Assembly: GCA_040954595.2 (NCBI GenBank)
Contig: CM082577.2
Coordinates: 8,271,846-8,335,845, forward strand
Length of the DNA: 64,000 nt
Direction of reading: 5' to 3'
Origin: Balanoglossus misakiensis
Taxonomy: Eukaryota; Animalia; Hemichordata
The notes beneath the pieces were generated by a model. The model saw only the letters and a program-made list of their open reading frames with translations, did not search any database and was not told the origin of the DNA. This document shows positions 42,276 to 56,682 of the stretch, piece after piece (position 1 is the stretch's first letter; every line of letters starts with the position of its first letter). Both the position numbers and the translations under genes were made by a program.

Positions 42276-44393
42276 TTAACTTGTGTCCATGTCATCTGTA
42301 GTCTGACTAGAATGATGATTCAGCAGTTTTTGTACAATTTGATTGACGGCTTGTGATGTTGGTGAAGTTGGCATTGCCTGCAGGAAATTCTGACCTTCTT
42401 CTATGCACTTTGTTAGCTGTGGATCCAATGGGATCTGGCCTGAAAATAATTTACAGAGTAAGAAAACCATTGTCAGTGATATGAGTTACCAGAAATATCT
42501 TTCATATGGCAACTGTGAACAAACAAATCATTCTACAGCTACATCTTTGAATACCACATGAATAAGCATCTTTGTCATTTCAGGGTTTTAGAAACTTTCC
42601 TTGTACATGTCACTTTAATGCAAACTCACCTAAATATGGAACTTTTGTTTCATTGGCTAAAATTTCACCACCTCCTTTGGAGAAAACATTTGTGCATTCC
42701 TGGCGAGAAAAGAGAATAAAATCAATTCTACTTCAGAAAGTTTCATACTTATTGTAGTTATTTCAGTGTGAATATTAAATGAAATCAGAGAATGAAATCA
42801 AGAAACAAAGATTCCAAGTGAAATAGTTGGAACTGTGTCTATGATGCAATATTTTAAAGACGGTTGGTAAATATGACCCAGATAAACCACCACACAGAGT
42901 ATGGTTAGTATCACAAATGTGATGCAATCAAAGAACATTGAAATACCTGGCAGCATGGGCAAACAAAACCACTCATATTTTCAATAATTCCAAGAATTGG
43001 AATGCCTGTTTTCTTGCAAAATGTCACTTCCCTTCTGACATCACCAACAGAAACACCCTGAAAAAGATAGAGTAGTGTACATGTCAAATATTCTGCACCA
43101 ATGTCCCCAATCGATCCCACTGGCCATATGTGACTCTTGACCTCATAAACTTACCTGTGGTGTTGTGACTAGAACAGCGCCCTCTGGATTATATTGTTTA
43201 ATGTTTTCCACCACACTGATGTGTTCATCTGATGTGCCTGGTGGTGTGTCTATCACCAGATAATCCAACTCTCCCCAACTGACATCTGATAAAAACTGTT
43301 TTATCATAGCTGAAAAGAAAAAAAGCAGTCGCTAGCAATTAATGCATTTTGTGATGAAATTATTGCCAATCAATACAAACTGAAAACATTTTGGGGAAAG
43401 AATTTCTCCAATACAAGTATGGCTACAAGATTAGTTTTTAGACTTGTTTTACAAATAACAAAACTACCATTTAGGATGAACTGCACCATATTGTAGCATA
43501 TCCTACTTACCATTTTTCTTTGGCCCTCTCCAAACAATTGCATCGTCCTTGCTATTGAGTAAGAAACCGATGGACATGACTGATAACCTTTGATCCTTAT
43601 CTGCATACACTGGAACCCATCTATTTTAGAAATAACCATGGAAACACACCGTGTTATTGTTCCTGGATTATGGATCATATTACCCATATTAACTAATGAG
43701 AGATGTATGAAATCATCAGTGACACAATAGTTGAACTCTTGGCAGTATCACAATGCATTGCATGGTATCCATAGGTATTACTGTGGAAGGATGACAGTCT
43801 CGAGTTCACATATTCATTGACTGATGAATACACATGATAACATCATATTCTCACAGGTGTTCTGAATAATTTCATGCAAAGATTTATGCAGCCAATAAAT
43901 GAACCGGTAATTTCTGAGGGGCGCACTATGATTCCACTATGACTGTAAGTGACATGTGATTGACCATGTCCCTGCGAGGTCAACCATATTTGTAAACATT
44001 GTTAATTCTTACCCTTGAGGACATTGATGTATGTCTCGGTTTTCCACATTTAACATCCGGGGTATACTAGGTCCACAAAGGTCTACATCTAGAATTCCCA
44101 CTTTCTTTCCATTGGACAGCAGAGATAGTGCTATTTGAGTCGCTACCGTGCTTTTCCCAACGCCACCTTTGCCAGATAACACCAGGAGAATGTGACGCAC
44201 CCCCTGCATAGTATCTGCCATGGTTTCTGTAAGTTTAGGTTTAGAATAAGACTTAAAGCAAAATGGCAACAACAACACCCAGCTCATACTACGGTATAGT
44301 TCTCTCTGACTGGCGCAATGCAACACGTGTTCATTTATAAAACAAATAATATACATCGACACAGGGCACGTTACCTGTAATGGGGGCTGCCAT
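42276..44393 (-). CDS. NUBP2: Cytosolic Fe-S cluster assembly factor NUBP2 (Cfd1), 7 exons
   Basis: Exon 1 is MAAPIT-E (44393-44375). Then [75 protein letters not shown]. The N-terminal 4-Cys ferredoxin extension of NUBP1 is absent. Confidence 0.94.
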
Positions 44394-44999
44394 GTTTGAT
44401 GAAATATTTTGGTCACAAGAGGGCGTGGTAGCACGTGAAAGACGCAAAGTCATCATGACCGCTGGTTTATAGCCCGTCGCATTGTGACAGGCGACAATCT
44501 CAAAGTGGATGTGTATACATTGTACTAGTATCTGGCTTTTGCAACTTGCAAGGGACCTATTGTTGCTCCACGTTCACACAGTCGACTGTGGTTTTCTTCA
44601 GCTTTCAATGAAAAGGACATGGTTCAAAGGTCCATTTGATTTGATCGAGACTGATGATCACCTCAATAAATTCAGAAAAAGCTGCAGCACTATTTCCGAG
44701 AATTTTCCTTCTTGGTCTCAATCTCACTTATCTTTTTGTCAGCATTAGAGCTCTTGGATGTTTATCAAACCAGATGACTTGGCTGATGTAAATTTGAGTG
44801 CATGTATGTATGGTGTTCAAAATGGAAAGTCTCACAGGGAGAGCACATACGCCATAAGCAAGGTAAAACCTTGCAATTCTCAAAACTCAGGTTTTTTATC
44901 ATTTTATTCAAAAGCTTCTTGCAACAATAAATACCATTTCAATATAATATGCAGACAGCATACATCATCATGGTATGTTCAGATACTCTTCAAAGAAGC

Positions 45000-46991
<1,992 letters not shown>

Positions 46992-47637
46992 TGCTGAAAG
47001 TGAAAACACCAATATGTTGTTACGGCGTATGGCAATATTAATTCATACTAGCCATGGTCAGCACAACTTCAGTGTTTAGCATTCCCACAGACTAGGTAGA
47101 ATATCTGCTGTGTACTGTATGATACTCCCCGTATCCTAGAAGATTTTACCTAAATTGCAATGTTCAACTTTGGAAGCTGCTTTAACCATGGATTTGCAAT
47201 CATGTACCACAAATAATGCCTCAGATAGAGTTAGACACTCATAAAACTCACAATCATATTATTTATGGATTAGGTATTTCCCAATAGTTTAACTCTTATA
47301 CAATTTACATTATATTATTTATGGATTAATTTGGGTGAAGGTCTGAGAGAAGGGGTCAAACTCGACTCTAGTATGAGGAGAGAAAACTGCACATATGCAT
47401 ACCGTGTGGAGCAACAGATACATTTTATGAGGTCAGTTCGTGGCCAACATGTCAAGGCATCAAAAATGGTTTCGTTGGCGACTCAAATGACACCAAATCT
47501 CAAAAATATCCCCTTCACTTCGATTTATTAGACCTTACATGACTATTTTATCTGAGTTGACGGACATATTGACTGCAATCACACGGATGGCAGTCGATTT
47601 TGTACGACGACCGACACATGAAATCCGCCATACTTAC

Positions 47638-47656
47638 GTGATCAAAAGAGAAAGGC
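47638..47656 (-). promoter_or_regulatory. RPS2 TCT initiator / 5'TOP non-coding first exon
   Basis: Minus strand reads CCTTTCTCTTTTGATCAC|GTAAGT, a pyrimidine start typical of ribosomal-protein mRNAs, followed by a consensus donor. A YY1-like ATGGCGG lies just inside intron 1. Confidence 0.8.
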
Positions 47657-48442
47657 CAGATCGAGGCTCTCTCCACACTGAAAAGAGCGCCCTCTACCAT
47701 AGTTCTTATATTTGCACTTGTTTTGTCTCAGTGAAATGATGCATCACCTTTGGAAGAATAATGTGATTTTGGGGTGAAGGAATTTGCCAGAGGACCTTAA
47801 ATGATCAAAGTCATAAGGACGAACTGGTTAAAATAAAACAGGCTATTTATTTATTTGATAAAAAATACAACATCATAAGAATACAAACTGCATGGCAACA
47901 AATTATCAGTGAAACACCATTCAAAAACTGGCCATTACACTTTTCTTCTCATAGAATGTACGGTAGACACAGAAGAAGAAACCAATGCTGAGAAATACAG
48001 TTCTATTTCTGTCATTTTCAAAAACTGTTCAGAATTTTGGCTTCAAGAAACAGAATCCATGACAGGAAAATAGCTTTGAAAAAAGCAACAAGGAACTTTA
48101 ACAGAAATACATAAACAGTGATCATTGTCAGTGTCCAACTATGTAACAAATATAAAGCGAACACTAACATTGGCTTCAACAACACATGTAAATGTGAATT
48201 TAAATTCACCTAGGAAGAAAGAAATCAAAACAAACAGAGCAGTATATGGAAATTCTATACTAAAGATCGAAGTGTGTTTTTTTAACAATCAACACAACGT
48301 AAAATTATAATATAATCATAAAATACTTTATAAACTTTATGCAATTGTTTTATTGCACTGAGCACAGGCTGACATGTACAGTGCATTGGACATGCTCCCT
48401 CTCCGTCCAACAATGGTCTTCGAAGTGAGGAAAAGATGGGAG

Positions 48443-49828
48443 TCAATCAAGATTCCCGGGATCACTGAACAGAAGATAGCGCTTTACGATTACTGACATA
48501 TCCAGTACATCAACTACTCGACGATATTTGCCGTTCAAATACCACCTGAGACGTGAACGACAAAGATGTTGCAGGGACCGCGGGGTCCTCATCAGTGACT
48601 GCAATCTCCCGTAGAAACCCGGATTACTCTTCAGGTTCTCGTCCGGAATTTGGTATCCCCTGGGAACAAAGTTCAAGTTCGCAAATGCATTCACGACGAC
48701 GGCGATCACTTCCACGGTGCGGTTGGGATTTTCCATCAGATCGTGCAAGTCACTGCTGCAAAACTTGTCGGGCTGAGCACCATGGACGAGAAGCGCTACC
48801 AGGCACGGAAGGGGACTCGAACCGGCTACAGACTTATCCACATCGGCTAAGTCGTACACACGCAAACAATTCATCATTGCGACGTCCAAGCAGGAATACC
48901 CGTCGCTGTCTTTATAGTTCAAGTCATCCAGTTCAGGGACAACGGCTGGAACACAGCTGATGTAACCGTACGAGAGGGCTTCCAGCAAGGCCCTTTGCAC
49001 GCAAGGCAACTGGACGCGGGCATCGTGCTGCAGTAATGTCTGCGTTACATCGCAGTTCCCTATTTTTACAGCTTTAGCGAGTGGTGTTTCGCCGCAACCA
49101 TCTCGTAAATTTGCGTCGCAGCCGTGTTCGAGGAGTAGTTTGACAACAGCAAGGCCGTCCTCCGACTTCTGAGTGGCTAAGTAATGCAGAGCGGAACCGA
49201 ACCCCGAGTCCATGGTATGCAGAAGGTCGTCAAACGACTGGTCGGGGCTGACGCCATGATCCAGGAGCACCTTCACGCACTCAACACACTCGCGTAACGC
49301 AAAACGGAACAAGAAGTGTTCGCAGTCGAGCCTCGCACCGCTCCCCGCTAACAACGCGAGGATCTTACAGTTGTGTTCCTCGGAACTGCACACTACAGTC
49401 AGAGGTGTCGGAGAATGACTCGTCTCCGCGCTGGGATCCACACCGCGCTCCAGTAAAAACTCGACACACCGCTCACTGGACTTGGAAATAGCCACTTCGA
49501 GAGCGGTGTACACCCCGGGGTATACTATGGGATCGTTCGGGTCGTAGTGCTCTTCTTCACAATCGCCGTACTCAAGGATCTCTATGAAACCTTCGTCTAG
49601 CATATCAACTTTGAACTCCATGGTCGGACTGAGTCCCGCATCTAGCAAACACTCCAGCATTTCCACACAGTCATCCTGAAGGACGTTGAAGTAGAACTCT
49701 CTGACCCGACATCGACTCTCCCCTGGTAACTCCTCCCACATCTTGCATAGCAACAGCACTTCCTCCATCTCTTCGTCCATGTCGGCACCACCCACACTGT
49801 TAGTAGCATCAGTGCATGTATCTGCCAT
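48443..49828 (-). CDS. Ankyrin-repeat and SOCS-box (ASB-like) protein, intronless CDS
   Basis: Single ORF of ~461 aa with ankyrin repeats (TALEVA, SALHYLA, GETPLAKA) and a C-terminal SOCS box PRSLQHLCRSRLR...VKRYLLF. Confidence 0.9.
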   Translation of the reverse strand: MADTCTDATNSVGGADMDEEMEEVLLLCKMWEELPGESRCRVREFYFNVLQDDCVEMLECLLDAGLSPTMEFKVDMLDEGFIEILEYGDCEEEHYDPNDPIVYPGVYTALEVAISKSSERCVEFLLERGVDPSAETSHSPTPLTVVCSSEEHNCKILALLAGSGARLDCEHFLFRFALRECVECVKVLLDHGVSPDQSFDDLLHTMDSGFGSALHYLATQKSEDGLAVVKLLLEHGCDANLRDGCGETPLAKAVKIGNCDVTQTLLQHDARVQLPCVQRALLEALSYGYISCVPAVVPELDDLNYKDSDGYSCLDVAMMNCLRVYDLADVDKSVAGSSPLPCLVALLVHGAQPDKFCSSDLHDLMENPNRTVEVIAVVVNAFANLNFVPRGYQIPDENLKSNPGFYGRLQSLMRTPRSLQHLCRSRLRWYLNGKYRRVVDVLDMSVIVKRYLLFSDPGNLD

Positions 49829-50925
49829 AAATGTCACCAGTTCTACGTTCCAATAAAAATGCAGAAGCTAATTAGTTACCTAGGTAATCCAGCACAATCA
49901 GATACAACTCTACTGTAGTGTTTGATCATAGACAGACTCACAGTAGCCATGGCCTAGCCCTGCGTACAGGTGTGTTCCTGTCGTTACGTGACCTCAACCG
50001 GTCACCCCCGCCACTGACTACAGCATCTCTCTCCAACAACATCACATGTACTTGTTCGACGACGACTCGGCCACTGTAGTGTAATCAGCTGGAGACACAT
50101 TCGCGGTGTCCCACCGCCCGAGGGCGCACTATACAGGAGTAGGAACCGAGAATCATGATACAGACATTTTCAGGATAATTTTGGATTAGACAGTTTTAAA
50201 GAATGATTTCACAATTTAGGTTTGATAATCATAGCAATAAAATTAAATCAGCCAAAAGAAAAACAAAGATATTTGCTAATTACAGTTCTGTAAACGTGAC
50301 ATCACTCAGAGCTGGTGAAATGGGGCTGGTGAAATGCATTTTTCATTTTTCCTTGTTCGATTCATCAAGAGAGAGAAAAAGGTTTTTGGTGAGCTGATCC
50401 GAATAATTGTGTGGCCACAGCCCTTACTTGTACTGCTAGGAGGACTCATAGTCCGATGCAGAGAAAAGGCACCACAGATCGTGTTTGGCGCCTGCGAAAG
50501 GCACTGCCCCAGTCACGCCCGACTTCGGCAGTGCTTGTACACGTGGGTCATGATCAAGTTGCCCGGGGTCATTGATCGATCTCGATCGGATGCTTATACA
50601 ATTCAGTGACAGTAACGTTATAAAAGTGCACGTACACTACACGGCGTTCGCTTTCATCTCCGCCGCGCCGTAGGATGACATTTAGCGCAAAAAAGGTAAA
50701 ACTTACGTCAAAACTCGGAGTTGTTTGTTGTCGCAACTTGGTCTGTATCAGGATTCCTGGCCAAATGTTGCCGCTGGCTGCGTTGCGCTACGATTCTGAC
50801 AAACTGTGACGAGCGGAAGCCTGCCCTCACAAGCAAGCGAAAAGGGGGGTGTGGGGTAAATCTTGTTTTTTACTTTTTTTACAATTTTGTTTTAAAGCTG
50901 AACGCTGCACTCTTCTTTAATAAAA

Positions 50926-51815
50926 TCAAACGGAATTGAAAGAGAGCAATACAGATAATAACATATTCATAACTTCGTTAAAACCTAAGTCCATGAGTGC
51001 GACAACGGTGCTGATGATGATGGAAGTGAAATTTGGTATGACTTTCAGTTGACCACTAGGCTCTACGTCTTGCTGGTCTGAAACAAAGCAAAAACACACG
51101 ATAAGGTTCAATTATAGCTTTGATTGATCCACGATGTTTGTTTGTTTGCTTTTACAATGTTTAATGGAATCAACCTAAGCTTTAACCATAGACCCTGCTC
51201 CTTTAGAGTCTATTCTTTAACACACTTCTAGAATTAGAAAATAAAACATAGCTCATTTTATAGAGGGAAGGATCTTGATCTAGCACGTGAGGAGAAACAC
51301 ATCAAGACTGATAATAGAATTCTGGCACCAATCCATATTACAACATGATTTGTCAATACTTTGGAATTTCCCTGCCCATTCTCCATCTACCTTTTAATGT
51401 AAATACAAAGATTTAGATACCTGCCACGGTTAAAATGGCACTTTGTGTTTGTGGCTCTGCTTGGACATGGCAGCACTTCCAAATTCCCTCATCTTCTGCT
51501 TGTGCGTCTTTGATATGCATGTGGTACTCTCCGTTGGCCTGATCACCGCGCACCTCATAAGGTGGAAAGAACGATTCCATGCCCTGTGAAATGGTGCGTG
51601 TTTCTCCATTCCTGGTAAGCTCCCAACGTGGTTTGGGCCCATCTGGGTCCAAACCAGTCAGAGAACATTGAAATTTGACTTCCTCGCCAACCGTTGTGTT
51701 TATGTCTCTTGGACAATCATTCCATCGAGGTTTCTCTAGAAGAAGGGATGAGAAAAATCATAAAAGCTTACAACCGTATAACTAAACTAGCGTAGTGCCA
51801 TCAAGTGTAAACACA

Positions 51816-51899
<84 letters not shown>

Positions 51900-51957
51900 A
51901 AATAAATAAATAAACAAACAAACAAACAAACAAACAAACAAACAAACAAACAAACAA

Positions 51958-52044
<87 letters not shown>

Positions 52045-52818
52045 ATACCTTTTACTCTGACGGTTGCACCTCGTGTTTGTGGTTCTGCTAAAACATGGGT
52101 GCACTTCCAAACTCCTTCATGTTCTTGCTCAATATATTTGATATGCATGTTGTACTCTCCGTTGGACTGGTCACCATACACCTCACAACATGGATGGAAC
52201 GATTCCGTGCCTTGTGAAATGGTCTCTGTTTCCCCATTCCTGGTACATGTATGTTCCCACCGTGGTTTGGGCCCATCTGGGTCCAAACCAGTCAGAGAAC
52301 ATTGAAATTTGACTTCCTCGCCAACCGTTGTGTTTACGTCTACGGGATAATCTTTCCATTCCGGGGGATTCCATTGAACGGCTGGGTACAATAGAAGTGG
52401 ACAGAAAATAATGTCAATCAATCAATCAATCTTGGAATTATCTTGGGGACGAGAATATAAAAAAGAACGGTGCTATGAACCTCCACTCCCCTACATTACC
52501 GATTGACGACTGACAATTTAGGGACGGTATAAGTTAAAAGCAAGCAAACTATCTACGAATATTTGTGAACCGATTCACTGTTGTCGGAAATTGACCATTG
52601 CGTTGTTAGGCTAAGTCCGTACCGCGCCGTCGATGCGGCGCCGGTGCTGAAAGCTGCCACCACAGACCACCATACCAATTCAGAATAACAAAAATGCGTT
52701 CGCAAAATACGACATAAAACGTCAACATACCTTCAGTTAAGTTGCCAAAAGCCATAAGTCCACCGCAGAGTACGGATATGAGGATCCAAACTTTCGATTT
52801 ATAGAAAAACATCGCCAT
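50926..52818 (-). CDS. Small cell-surface protein with two Ig domains (nephrin/kirre-like V/I-set) and a hydrophobic C-terminus
   Basis: Signal exon 52818-52731; phase-1 Ig exons 52381-52049 and 51735-51421 (FQC..PRW..GEYxMHI..EGxWKC); last exon 51077-50926 hydrophobic (TM or GPI signal). The 3' end is uncertain. Confidence 0.8.
51815..52047. repeat. Compound (AAAT)n/(AAAC)n microsatellite
   Basis: Directly visible; fills most of the intron between the two Ig exons. Confidence 0.97.
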
Positions 52819-53990
52819 AGTATCGCATGGTTGTGTACAGGCGATCATGATCCTTCTACTCACCGTGACGATCGCTCACTGACCGCGGATGTACCTTCAC
52901 ACGTCGTAAGCTCAGTCGCGCAATGTTATCAAACAGGATACTGTATATTTGCGCCTTTGTGATTAAGATGAAGCATAAGATGATTAGTCACGCGACCTCT
53001 CCCTCCACTCTCCCGTGTGCACCTGTGTTAGTGTAAGCGTTCACCGCATGCAAGGAAGTTTGGCTGGTGGTGTATGATGTATTGTTTCACGTTAAAGTGT
53101 TTAATTATAACGGATTTGCTTGCCAGGGTTGAATAAACTTGTCAGTGATAACAAGATATTTCCTGTATAAAATTCAAGACAAACTTTTCAGGTTATGCAT
53201 TACTGTTTGATAAATTACCGCCCTTGTGTGTCGGACGGTTGTTTGTTTGTTTACAAAGAGGGTGGCTTATCAGTAAATTGCTAACGTCGTAACGTCACGA
53301 AGTGTTGACAAACCGTCGCTGACTATCATGACTATTGTTCGGAAGACGGGAAATCCAAAATTAGCACATCGTTGCGGTAATTTTTGATCAAAGGCTAGAC
53401 ATGATGTCAACGTACTTTTCAATAAAATGATCGGTCGGTCTATTCAGGTTGAATTTGAGGGGTGGGATCGACAAACGCGGTCGGTGTTCGAAGTAGACAG
53501 TGATCGGTTTACAAAGGTGTTTTTACAACATATGTCTATGGGGAATATTCAGGGATATCGTAGTCGACCGGTTTTGACAGGTTTCACTGTATTGACAAAT
53601 CATGTTGTAATATGGAATGGTGCCAGAATTCTATTATCAGTCTTGACGTGTTTCTCCTCACGTGCTAGATCAAGACCCTTCCCTCTACTTGAACAGGGGT
53701 TGCGGCAGCCAGACAGAAAAAAGAAAGTCCAACGCCTCATTTGTTTGCTTGTGACCTTCAGCGCATATTGGTCAGTAAGGGCTTATGAAATATAACACAT
53801 TGAAGGGTGTGGTATCCTTGAAACAAATACGATTTACAAAATATCTACCCAACCGATTTTAGAAAATAGTAATTACAAAATATTCGAGAATCACTAGCGC
53901 GAAATAAAATTGCGAGAACTGCAGCAATCATGATGACATCATCGTCCGATGTGCATGGCCTTGGCTAGGTCGTCCTTGGTCGTCCTTCGG

Positions 53991-54060
53991 CTAGTACCTC
54001 GCGTAGGCGTATTTTGTCCGCTTGGTAAAGCGGACACAATACGCCTACGCGAGGTACTAG
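53991..54060. repeat. 70-bp near-perfect palindrome (foldback element)
   Basis: CTAGTACCTCGCGTAGGCGTATTTTGTCCGCTT-ggta-AAGCGGACACAATACGCCTACGCGAGGTACTAG. A related element lies at 55600-55688. Confidence 0.85.
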
Positions 54061-54966
54061 GCTAGGTCGTCCTAAGTACAGCCAGTCTCCCTATCCTATA
54101 AACCAACCCTTTCAAGGAGATCACAGGGTCTCCCTGCTGAAATAACCATACTTGTACCTTGGCTTGCAAAGATGCAATCATGGCATCGACGCAATTTATG
54201 TAATCATAGTTTATATGGGGCTGGTGCCTTAATCCCACAGAAAATGCCGACTGGCCAAATTTTCTTATAGTCTTTACATTTGATTTAGAAGTAATTTCTA
54301 AAGTAATTTTATGTCATTCTAAAAGTTTTCTCAATTTATTCCTCAAAGTATTTGCTTTCAATTCACTTTGCTTTGAGTGTAATACTCTATTTGATATTAC
54401 GGTCAATGACTCACGTTCAGCCTATATTGTCACAGTGTTTTTTTTAAAATTTATTTTACAGTACAATTACAAAATACTTTACATCAGAAAAAAAAGACAG
54501 CAGTTCGTTTAAACATCGCCCGACGGTGCGGCTTGATTGTGAATCGTATTCGGGGTTGTGAGTAACAGGACTTTTTACCGCATTCGTCACGGTCTCCATG
54601 ACAGGTATCGACTTCAATCTTGTGTGTGAATGATATAGATGTAATAGCACGGACGACAATAATTGGAAGACAACCCTTGTCTATGTTTGGAAAGATGACG
54701 TAACAATATTAATCACAGTTGAACATTCAAAACACTGTGTAAATTTGACAATTGTTTCGATATATTAAAATCAAATACACATTTCCGTACCATCTGCTCG
54801 GTCCAATATTTTCTCGAGAAGTTGGCACAAAAGTATTCAATGTACATGTACTACTATGTAAATACCAGTCATTGGTTACCCTGGTGACAATGACGTGTTT
54901 TGGGAGGTTGCGCACTGGATGACGGGTAAAATAATATTGTAAGTTCCTGGTCAAGCAGTTCACATT

Positions 54967-56594
54967 TCATGGAGCAGGCGGCAATGTAGTCCTGAGATCT
55001 AGGCAGCGACCACCAGCTAATTTTGAAGGGCCCAAAATGTAGTTCAAGAGATATGCCACGCCAGAACCGGTCGTCAAGCCAATGTTGTATGATAATGTCA
55101 TTATATTACCTTGATATGAAAAAAAAAATTACAAAAGCATGTCAGTGAAAAAATTATCCTGGTTGTTGGGACTAAAGGTCGCTGGACTTGAACGAAAGAA
55201 GGAAAAGTAGTTTCCAACAAAAGAGGCACCACTGGGATTCGAACCCAGGATCTCCTGTTTACTAGACAGGCGCTTTAACCAACTAAGCCATGGCGCCACC
55301 TACGGCGATGACACGCAAATTAATTCACTAGTTACTACAACGCTGAAGGTCATACGTGATTGGGCCCAGCAGTACTCCACGGGGTACAGGTACCTTTGAA
55401 GTTGAGCGCGTTGTGCATTAAAAGGTAGTCTGTAGCTTTGTTATTGGAGAAGAGGAGAAAAACAGTCTAGGAAACATGACAGGGCTAAGGATTGGCTGCT
55501 GCTACTGTGCACCTGCTGGTCCGGTAGCTATGCGTGTACAGCTACAGGTCTGTGTGTTCCACAAGTCTGTGAGCTCCCGGCGTTACGCGGCCGTGTAGTC
55601 TAGTACATGTATCTGGCCGTATTTTGTCCACTTTGCTTTAGTTAGTTTTGTAAGCAAAGCGGACAAAATACGGTTAGGACAAGGCTAGTTTATGCTTTAC
55701 TAGTGACGGCAACAGCCTAGGCCTATTAAAAGCTTACCTGTCAGTTCCTTCTGTTCGTTCGGAACTTTACCAGGAGCAAGGATCATCGGAACACTTCCAA
55801 AATAACCGTTTGTAATTCCCAACAGGATGGAAAATATCATGGACCAGGCCGCGTGGGAAAGGATGGGTGCCGTCCGTGGAGCCACGCAGATCATCATCAA
55901 CGGGATAAGAATCAGACGAGAAGACGACGCCAACGCCAGTCGACCGCCATTCCATTCGTATGGTATGGCGGCAATAATCTGAACATGAAAAACAAATTCA
56001 TGTAAAGCTCTTAACTGTCTATGATAAAAACCGTAACACGAATCAAAATTGCATATGTTTCCTTGTCATCAGCAAAGAAATAGGCTAGGCCTATTAAAGG
56101 GCCCATTGCCATATGTCTTAGGGATTCTTTTTACTAATTTTAGTACAAATAGCCTAAATAGTCTGTTCGATCAAATCAGTAATAAATAAATCGCTTATTA
56201 AAACCTCGTGTAATATTGGTTATGTCAACAATTAAAAACAAGTCATACAGTACATGTAGGCCAAGAGTGTGAACGATAATTTCATCGACATCCGTCTAGC
56301 CATTGTTCCTAGGCCCTGCATGCGCATGCGGGCAGAGAAGACTCGTTACCTTGCCAACGAAGTCAAACCCGTTGAAGAGTGCCATCAATATAACCGGCAT
56401 CCATTCTCCCAATGTACAGTTGATGACTTCCGTTTCGATGCCCGGAAACAGACACAGCGTCACAAAATACGCCAGGCCAATGGAGAACATGAACGGCCAA
56501 ACTCTTCGTGATGCTTCGTATCTCAACATGATACCACCTAGAAATTCGTTCAGACAAAATCGAGATGGCAGTGTGTGCACGTAGCCATTTCGAT

Positions 56595-56682
<88 letters not shown>

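Noticed and set aside
50707-50820. Extra exon ending in a strong GTAAGT donor downstream of the Ig gene
   Set aside because: Frame and acceptor are ambiguous; it could be a cytoplasmic exon of the Ig gene or a 5'UTR exon of the ASB gene.
51787-52110. ORFs with YLFI repeats resembling a long transmembrane segment
   Set aside because: Translation of the intronic (TATT)n microsatellite; a GT donor precedes the repeat.
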